A DNA stretch of 64,000 bases from Eledone cirrhosa (lineage: Eukaryota): NCBI GenBank assembly GCA_964016885.1, contig CAXHJY010000234.1:15474-79473 (forward strand). The letters run 5' to 3'. Position 1 is the first letter of the stretch; every line of letters begins with the position of its first letter. Position numbers and translations under genes: made by a program. Below the pieces are notes generated by a model, which was not told the DNA's origin, made no database searches, and saw only the letters and a list, made by a program, of their open reading frames with translations. Below are positions 23,376-32,858 of the stretch, piece by piece.

Positions 23376-25964
23376 TTTCAAAGCATATTACTTGATGCTT
23401 TCGACAGTAAGGAAGAACATTTAGAGTCGGACAATATAGAGGGACAGTGGGAATTTCTGAAAGCAAACCTGCTGATGGCGACAGACGAAGTCTGTGGCTG
23501 GAGCAGGCCTGTAGGCAGGAGGAGAGTAACATGGTGGTGGAACAGTAAGGTGGAGGGGTCAATTAAGGCCAAAAAGCAGGCTTGGAAAGTATGGCGGGAT
23601 GGGGGAAGTAGAGAAGACTATCAAGTGGCCAGGAGGGAAGCTAGGAGACAAGTGTACTTAGCAAGAAGGGAAGCAGAGGAAAGAAAGTTCAAGCATGTTC
23701 TACAACGCGAGGACCAAAAACGTGAGGTGTTCAGGATTGCTAGGCAATGCGTCAAGGAAAACCGTGATATTGTCGGGGAGAAGTGTGTACTTAACGATGA
23801 TGGCATACTTGCCATCACCGACGCTGATAAGAAGGTAGCTTGGAAGTGTCACTATGAAAGGCTACTAAATGAGGAGAATAAATGGGAGAAAGACAGTCTC
23901 CCCCATATCGACCCAATAGAGGGACCAGCAGTGTTAGTCGAGGGGAGTATAATAAGTAAGGCAATCAAGGATATGAAGACGGGTAAGGCGGCTGGGCCTT
24001 CGGAAATAGTTGCTGAGATGCTGAAGGCATCTGGCACGGTGGGACACACCATGGTCACCCGCATAGTTAACCAAGTCGTACAGAATGGGGTTGTTCCGAA
24101 GGACTGGCATAGCAGCATCAGGGTAAAGGAGACGCCCTAGATAGGAGTAACTATAGAGGCATTAAATTAATCGACCAGGTCATGAAGGTCACGGAAAAAG
24201 TAATAGCGCAACTAATCAGAGAGAGAATTGACCTAGATGAAATGCAGTTCGGGTTTGTGTCAGGCAAAAGTACCACAGACGCTCTGTTCATTGTACGACA
24301 ACTACAGAAGAAGTACCTAGCTAAAGGTAAACCCCTCTACTTAGCTTTTGTCGACTTGGAGAAAGCCTTCGACAGAGTCCCCCGCTCCATTATCTGGTGG
24401 GCTCTTAGAAAACTAGGCGTTGACGAATGGCTTGTGAGGGCTATACAAGCCATGTATAAAGAAACAGTCAGCAAGGTTAGAATTAACAACGAATATAGTG
24501 AAGAGTTTAGCGTAAAAGTTGGCGTCCATCAGGGCTCTGTTCTCAGCCCCCTACTATTTATTATTGCCCTTCAGGCTATAACAGAGGAGTTCAAGACCGG
24601 CTGCCCATTGGAACTCCTATACGCAGACGACCTGACACTCGTAGCGGAATCAATGGCCGAGCTAGAGAAGAAATTCCAAACATGGAAGCACGGCCTAGAA
24701 TCAAAAGGACTTAAAATTAACCTGGCTAAGACTAAAGTTCTAGTTTGTAGGAAAGAAAATTAGGCGGCGGTCCCTTCTGGGAAATGGTCGTGCTCGGTGT
24801 GTAGGAAAGGTGTAGGTAGAAACTCCATTTTATGTCCTAAATGCAAAGTATGGGTGCATAAAAGATGTAGTGGGATCACAGGTAAGCTAACTAAAAACAT
24901 AGATTTTACATGTGGCCGGTGCTCTGGTGCAATAAGTAGCAGCAAGTGCCCACAAATACTAGCTCTTTCAATTGCGCAGAGGGTTCTATAGAAATAGTGG
25001 ACAGCTTCCGTTACCTGGGCGATAAAATCAGCAGTGGGGGAGGGTGCTCTGAAAGTACAGTAGCTAGAGTCAGAACTGGTTGGAAAAAGTTCAGAGAGCT
25101 TATACCACTATTAGCTGCTAAAGGTTTCTCCCTAAAAATGAAAGGCAGGTTGTACGATGCCTGCATACGAACAGCAATGTTGCATGGCAGTGAGACCTGG
25201 GCATTGTGTGCAGAGGATATACGCAGACTAGAGAGGAACGAAGCTTGCATGCTCCGCTGGATGTGTAACAGTAATATACGTGAACGGCAAAGCATAAACG
25301 AACTAAGGAAAAAATTAGAAATAAGAGGGATCAGATGTTGTTTACTCGAGAGAAGGCTACGTTGGTATGGACACGTGATGCGCATGAAAGTCGATAGCTG
25401 TATAACAAAGTGCAGGGCAATAAAGATAGACGGTAGCCACGGAATAGGCAGACCTAGAAAAACCTGGGACGAGCTGATAAACTCCAACCTCACACACTTA
25501 CACCTCTCCAAGACAATGTCACTGGACCGAGACCTTTGGCGGTACTCAGTAACAGAGAAGACCCGCCTTACCTAAATACATAGTAAAACCTACTACAGCC
25601 AGTAGGCATCTCTAACAAAATACACCCCGTCCCACCACCACCACCCCCACCCCATCCACACCACCCCGTTCTATGTAAAGTTATGTTGGTGCCGCGCCAT
25701 CCAGGCCGAAACAAATGAGATCGTGTAGGTGTCACGACAAAAAACACACAGTCCACGCTGTAATGTGGCCGTGTAGGCAACACGGTAAAAACCTCCCAGA
25801 CCCACACTGTATATGTGGTTGGTGTTAGGAAGGGCATCCAACTGTAGAAAACCTGCCAGACAGTCCTATGCGAGCAAGACAATCACTCTTGCCTCAAGTG
25901 GGACTACCCTCGTCCAAACCCATGCAAGCGTGGAACACGGACGTTAAACGTTGATGATGATGAT
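23376..25964 (+). mobile_element. 5'-truncated RTE-clade LINE (family A), RT pseudogene with PHD-like finger, 3'UTR and (GAT)n tail
   Basis: Broken ORFs: TWWWN, KAAGPS, QFGF, FVDLEKAFDRV, GVHQGSVLSPLLF, LYADD, then CSVC..CPKC..WVHKRC..CGRC, then YLG..RWYGHVMR..GRPRKTW; frameshifts and stop codons. Confidence 0.92.
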
Positions 25965-26318
<354 letters not shown>

Positions 26319-26320
26319 AA

Positions 26321-28907
26321 ATGATGGCTGCCCCCTCGTTATCGAGTATGGCCATTGCACGACGAGACAAAAAAAAAAAAAATTTTTAAATTAACAAATA
26401 AATAAAAAAGAAAATTAAAAAAAAAGAAATTTATATATACACACACATATATACACACACACAGATTAATAACAATAATAATAATAATAATAACAACAAT
26501 AATAATGACAACAACAATAATAATATACATATACATAAATATATACACATACACGTACACACATAAACATATCTATACATACAGACACACACACGATAGC
26601 AACTAACAGCACTACGATCGAATGTGGCTTTCTAGCCCAGCCAATGATCTAAAATGTCTTGCACAGTCGGCAACCAAAACATTCACTGAGAATAGTCGGC
26701 TGTGGTTGGAGTTTGTGAACTTTTGCATGTCGCTTGAGCCCTCCTGCTGATTTACATTCTCTACCACATGTTTGGCAAGCATGATGAGTAGCGTCTCCAA
26801 CAACAGCCTGGTAGTCAACCACTGGTCTTACTTTATGACTGCGAAGATGACTTTCGAGTCCAGCTTTGCTTAGGCAGAGTCTCGCACAGACGCTGCATGT
26901 CAGCACCATAGGAGGACCCTCGCCGTCTGGAAGTGCAACAGCAATGCCCTTCCTCACATCCCGCTTTACTTTCTCGTATGCGATTCGAGATGCCTCAAAG
27001 GCAACTTTTCCCTCATATACAGTCTTTCTCCATTTGTTACGATCAGCAGCAATATTTTCCCATGTATCAGCAGAGATGTTAGCGTCTTTCAGAGAGGCTT
27101 TCAAGGAATCCTTATACCTCTTTTTTGGTTTATGTGGCGGTCGTTTTCCTTTAACCAACTCTCCATAAAAGAGTTGTTTTGGTATTCTAGAATCCTTCAT
27201 CCTGGCAAGGTGACCACTCCAACGGAGTCGTTGCTTAAGCACAAGAGCTTCTATACTGTCACACATAGAGCTTTCCAAAATCTCGACATCACTGATGTGG
27301 TCCCTCCACTGAATGCCATGGATCCGTCTGAGACACATCTGATGGAAACGCTCCAATGGCTTAAGGTGGTGTCGATATGTGACCCAGGTCTCGCAGGCAT
27401 AAAGAAGACAAGAGAGCACACATGCCCTGTACACCTTTACCTTTGTCCTCCTGCATATGTCTCGCCGACCCCAGAGTCGCCTTTCTAGCTTTCCGAAAGC
27501 ATCACTTGCTTTCCTAATCCTAAGTGAGATTTCACTGTCAAGGTTGCCGTATCGATTGACAGTGCTTCCCAGGTAGACAAACTGATCAACAACTCCAAGT
27601 CATTTACCATACACATAGATATTTGGTTCAGTGTACTGCTTACCAGGGGCAAGTTGGTACATGACGACGGTTTTCTTGAGACTGACAGTCAATCCTAGGG
27701 CAGTGCAAGCGTCAGAAAATGCATTCAAAATGTGCTGCATATCACTCTCTGTGTGCGCTACAAGATCGCAATCATCTGCATACAAGAGGTCTCTTATGAT
27801 TGATGTAAATACTTTTGTCTTTGCAGCAAAGCGCCTAATGTTAAATATGCTGCCTGAGGTTCGATATCGGATGTAAACACCATGCTCGCAATTCCTGAAT
27901 GCAATACAGAAAACCATTGCAAAGTATATGGCAAACAGGGTCGGTGCTGGAATATCCCCCTGTTTCACTCCATTTTTTACTGAGATAGGCTCCGACATGT
28001 TACCTCCGACATTAACCCAAGTCTCCATGTCGTCATGGAAAGACCTAACTAAAGCAAGGAACTTATCAGGGCAACCAAGTTTCTGGAGAACCTTCCATAA
28101 TGCATCTCTGTTAACAGTATCGAAAGCTTTTGACAGATCGACAAAAACCTGATACAGATCCAAACTTCTCCTGGAGCTGTCTAGCTGAGAAGATCATATC
28201 AGTAGTGCCGCGTCCAGCACGAAAACCAGATTGACTTTCAGGAAGAACACAATCTGCAATGTGTGTCAGCAGACGGTCCAGAAGCACCCTACATAAAACT
28301 TTCCCTACGACGGAAAGCAATGATATACCTCTGTAGTTCCCACAATCATTCCTGTTACCTTTTCCCTTGTACAAGACCACCATTACTGCATCTCTCCAGT
28401 CCTCAGGTACGGATTCATTAGCCCATATCCTGCAAAACAAAGAGTGAAGATGTTGCAGGAGTCTCTCACAAACCATATTGTAAGAGCTCAGCATGTATGC
28501 CATCCATACCTGGAGATCTTCCACTGTTCAGCTTCGAAATAGCCACTGCAACCTCCACAACATCGGAGGTTCTGCGAGAGCTACTTTCACAGGACTTTCT
28601 CGAATGAGATTGAGGAAATCTTCACTGACGACAGACGGCTGATTCAAAAGATCATCAAAGTGCTCTTGCCACCTTCGTAGAATTCCTTGTGAGTCACGAA
28701 GAAGTTCTTTGCCATCCTTGCTGTGAAGCGGTGTCACCAGAGAAGAAGACGGTCCATAAACCTCATGCAAGAGACTGTACAACAGCTTTGTGTTATTGGA
28801 ATCTGACGCAGTTTGTATCTCACCAGTCTTCTCACTCCACCACTGATCCTTCATCTGAGAAAGACTCCGCCTAACACGTGATTTTACATCCTTGAGTTCC
28901 TCATGCA
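26321..28907 (-). mobile_element. 5'-truncated RTE/BovB-like LINE (family B), RT pseudogene with three C-terminal C2H2 fingers
   Basis: NYRGISLLS, ESQSGFRAGRGTTDMIF, VDLSKAFDTV, GVKQG, LLYADD, RLRWSGH..RIPKQLFYGEL, then CSVC..H..H, CQTC..H..H, CRLC..H; 3' terminus GGCCATACTCGATAACGAGGGGGCAGCCATCAT (RTE-type stem-loop). Confidence 0.92.
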
Positions 28908-28958
28908 ATATATATATAATATATATATATCTGTATGTATATATATATACACATATAT

Positions 28959-29180
28959 ACAGTCCACGCTGTAATGTGGCCGTGTAGGCAACACGGTAAA
29001 AACCTCCCAGCCCCACACTGTAAATGTGGTTGGTGTTAGGAAGGGCATCCAGCTGTAGAAAACCCGCCAGACAGTCCTATGCGAGTAAGACAACCACTCT
29101 TGCCTCAAGTGGGAAAACCCCCGTCCAAACCCATGCAAGCATGGAACAGGGACGTTAAATGATGATGATGATGATGATGA
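28959..29180 (+). mobile_element. RTE family A 3' tail fragment
   Basis: ACAGTCCACGCTGTAATGTGG...GGACGTTAAAT(GAT)n between (TA)n tracts. Confidence 0.9.
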
Positions 29181-29611
<431 letters not shown>

Positions 29612-29631
29612 GTTTTAATATAGAAGAGATT

Positions 29632-29676
29632 CTACAGGACAAGAACTGTTTCATTCATTAGAAATCATCAGCGTGG
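29632..29676 (-). ncRNA. Minimal hammerhead-ribozyme-like motif (stem I imperfect)
   Basis: Minus strand reads CTGATGA-TTTCTAATGAAT-GAAA-CAGTTCTT-GTC-CTGTAG; homologous decayed copy at 57411-57450. Confidence 0.5.
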
Positions 29677-29747
29677 TCAGGTAGCTCAGTCGGTAGAGCA
29701 GCGGACCGGCAATCCGAAGGTCGTGGGTTCGATTCCCACCCTGATTA
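29675..29747 (+). tRNA. tRNA-like Pol III cassette (GGC anticodon; probably non-decoding, repeat-derived)
   Basis: Cloverleaf: acceptor GGTCAGG/CCTGATT, D arm GCTC-AGTCGGTA-GAGC, anticodon arm CGGA-CCGGCAA-TCCG, T arm GTGGG-TTCGATT-CCCAC; TTTT at 29749-29752; C at position 33 and no G3:U70 pair. Confidence 0.6.
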
Positions 29748-29900
29748 CTTTTCCTATCTGCACTTCTTCCTATTCATTATTATTTATTTAACTTATTTGT
29801 TGATAAATATTTTTAATATTAATATAATATCCTTGCATTGCCTGGTAAAAAAAGTGGATTACAGGGAAAAATGCGGGCGCATGTAAAGAAATATTCTTAA

Positions 29901-31013
29901 ATTAATAAACCTAGAAAAGTTAAGGACAAGTTATTACACCTGGAAAAGTAAAGGACAAGAAAACTTCTTAAAATATTGCAGCTAAAGTCTAAATTTGAAA
30001 AAAAAATATTTAGATTATAAAACTAAAAATAAATAATTATAAGTTAATTGTTAAAAAAATATCACTTTAAAGGACTGGAAAAATGACTGTCTTATAGGGA
30101 GAGTTGACTACTGTATACTTAATTTTTTTCTTGGTGTATACAAATTAATCTTTTTAAAATAAAATTTGTACAATAATTTGTACAATAATTAATTAATAAT
30201 AATAATAATAATTAATATGTACAATTTATTAATTTATGTTATAAGATATTTAAACATTTTCACTCTTAATCAAATTATATTTTAAAAAATTTAGTTATAA
30301 AATAATGCAGTAAAATAAATCAAAAACAGTGCATCATATAATTGCACTTTTTATGAGTATTACAGATTTTTTTAATAATATAGTAAAATTCAACATCTCA
30401 AGGGGCAAAATTAGGTAAAAGTCAATTCATCAATTATTCATTTATAGTGAATCAATCAATTATAGTGAATTCATCAATTCATTAGATGAACTGTTGAATT
30501 AGACAATGTTTAATTTTTAATTGTAGTCTAATTTTACTCTACCTAAAAATGTAGATTGGTTATTTTGATCTCTGACAGATCTTAAATTTCATTATTAAAC
30601 AATTATAATTTGTTATTATTTATCATTACAGTTGGCTCCCTAATTAATTATTAATTAATTGTTAGTGTCATTTACACGCCAAAATTTTGTTTTATTTGAT
30701 GTTTATAATTGCCACTCATTTTTTCAGTCCCATTTAGTAAAGTATATAAAGTATATTTATTTAATGACCCAACCACTATGGTGTAAATTAGGATCACAAA
30801 ATTAAATAAATGATCATAAATTAGTATTATTATCAATTAGAGAGTCAAATGTATTATTAGAATTTATCACTTTCTATGTATATTTAAATCAAATATTTTT
30901 TATTATTCAAATTTATACTATAGCTGCAATATTTTAAGAAGTTTTAAGAAGTTTTCTTGTCCTTTACTTTTCCAGGTGTAATAACTTGTCCTTTACTTTT
31001 CTAGGTTTATTAA
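29901..31013. mobile_element. Very AT-rich non-autonomous DNA transposon with ~115-bp TIRs
   Basis: ATTAATAAACCTAGAAAAGTTAAGGACAAGTTATTACACCTGGAAAAGTAAAGGACAAGAAAACTTCTTAAAATATTGCAGCTA.. is mirrored at ~30895-31013; no internal ORF. Confidence 0.85.
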
Positions 31014-31015
31014 TC

Positions 31016-31220
31016 AAAAATTGACCGGTTAATACATTTTCATACATCTATATTATTATATATTTGAAAATTGACCGGTTAATACATTTTCATACATCTA
31101 TATTATTATATATTTGAAAATTGACCGGTTAATACATTTTCATACATCTATATTATTATATATTTGAAAATTGACCGGTTAATACATTTTTCATACATCT
31201 ATATTATTATATATTTGAAA
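31016..31220 (+). repeat. 50-bp tandem repeat x4 at LINE 5' end
   Basis: TTGAAAATTGACCGGTTAATACATTTTCATACATCTATATTATTATATAT repeated, first copy truncated. Confidence 0.95.
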
Positions 31221-31230
31221 CCACGTGTTT

Positions 31231-31686
31231 TCGAACTTGTGAGTACATTTTCCTTTAACTACAAATTATTATTATATACTTTCGTCTTTTCATTAATTTC
31301 AAATAACCAGAATATACATATATATATATATATATACTCATATTTATATATATACGCTTCTCACTCACACACAAGAAAAACAAAAAACAAAAATAAATTT
31401 AAAAAAAATATATATATATTGAAATACTTAACTAAAACACACACACACGAACTTGTGAGTACATTTTCCTTTAACTACAAATTATTATTATATACTTTCG
31501 TCTTTTCATTAACTTAATTAATTTCAAATAACCAGAATATACATATATATATATATATACTCATATTTATATATATACGCTTCTCACTCACACACAAGAA
31601 AAACAAAAAACAAAAATAAATCAAAAATAAATTTATAAAAAAAAAAAATATATATATTGAAATACTTAACTAAAACACACACACAC
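31231..31686 (+). repeat. ~217-240 bp direct repeat x2 in LINE 5'UTR
   Basis: CGAACTTGTGAGTACATTTTCC...CTTAACTAAAACACACACACAC occurs at ~31231 and ~31448. Confidence 0.9.
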
Positions 31687-31697
31687 TCAAAACTAGA

Positions 31698-32858
31698 ATG
31701 GCTAACCAGCAAAAATCCAAACAGAACTGGTCTGATAATGAAATCGACATTCTAATAAACACATGGCATTGCCTTTCCCAAACAGAAAATATAGATGCTT
31801 CATCTCTGAACGACATTGCTAAACGTACAGTTCAATTTTTGAAAACTCGATCTGAACAACAGATTCAAAATAAATTAAAGCAAATCGAAATTGCTTTTAA
31901 ATTAATCAATAAACATTTGGATAAACTACGGTGTGTTTTCTCTTCGAATGCTGTCCAGCAGCAGCAACAACAACAACAGCAGCTACAACAGCAACAACAA
32001 CAACAGCTACAACAACAACATCAACAACAGCTACAACAACAACATCAACAACAGCAACAACAACAGTGTGAACCACTCCTTGATTCATCAACAATGGCCG
32101 ATCTACTAAATGAAACTATTGACCCCCCAGTAGCCTCTGTCTCACAGCATGAAACGCCACATCCTTTCTCTGGCCCAGCAGTCCAATCATCACCACTGCC
32201 AACATCTCTGCCTACTACTACTACTACTACTACAACATTTTTGTCTACTGCTATGTCAAGGAATTTACCTTCTAATACCAGAACAAGAACTCTCCCTCCC
32301 ACAGTCCACAAAGGTCGTCAAATCCTACCCAAACCATCATCTACACCTCTCACAACACCCACACCCATATACCCACCCACTCGAAACCCCATCATTTGCC
32401 GCTACTCTCTACGCTATAGAATATGTACGGATAGTGGCTGCAAATTCACCCATTTACCTAGGACAAAACGATCTATCCCCACAAACAGCCACCACCATAA
32501 TACATACTCTAATTTAACACCAACACAACCACCAATAACTCAAACAAGGAATCCACAAATCTGCCGTTTTTCCCTGCGAGACAGATTGTGTTTAGACCGG
32601 GATTGTCCCTTTACCCATCTCCCGGGGACCCGTCGGATAAATGAAAATAAAATTAAAAATAAAAGCAAAAACAAAAACCATAACCTACATAAAAATAACC
32701 ACTACCACAGTCACCAACAGTCTTCTAAACAGGAAACTTCTTCCTCTTTTTTAGCCATAATGAATCTGGCAAAAGAACTGGAAAAAAACATTCGAGCTAT
32801 CACCCAGCACCACCCTCCACTATCACCCCACTGCACAAACTCCCATTGCTGCCATTAA
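31698..32858 (+). CDS. LINE ORF1: Myb/SANT-like N-terminus, polyQ, Pro/Thr linker, two CCCH zinc fingers
   Basis: 386 aa, ATG start; WSDNEIDILINTW..DIAKR..RSEQQIQNKLKQI; C-x8-C-x4-C-x3-H twice (32397-32453, 32562-32618). Confidence 0.85.
   Translation: MANQQKSKQNWSDNEIDILINTWHCLSQTENIDASSLNDIAKRTVQFLKTRSEQQIQNKLKQIEIAFKLINKHLDKLRCVFSSNAVQQQQQQQQQLQQQQQQQLQQQHQQQLQQQHQQQQQQQCEPLLDSSTMADLLNETIDPPVASVSQHETPHPFSGPAVQSSPLPTSLPTTTTTTTTFLSTAMSRNLPSNTRTRTLPPTVHKGRQILPKPSSTPLTTPTPIYPPTRNPIICRYSLRYRICTDSGCKFTHLPRTKRSIPTNSHHHNTYSNLTPTQPPITQTRNPQICRFSLRDRLCLDRDCPFTHLPGTRRINENKIKNKSKNKNHNLHKNNHYHSHQQSSKQETSSSFLAIMNLAKELEKNIRAITQHHPPLSPHCTNSHCCH

Noticed and set aside
25011-25511. Antisense ORFs over LINE coding regions (also 56560-57060, 35038-35425)
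   Set aside because: Shadow frames of RT coding sequence with no independent motifs
29675-29747. Functional tRNA-Ala(GGC) gene
   Set aside because: C instead of U33, no G3:U70 identity pair, mismatch at the top of the anticodon stem, and repeat context
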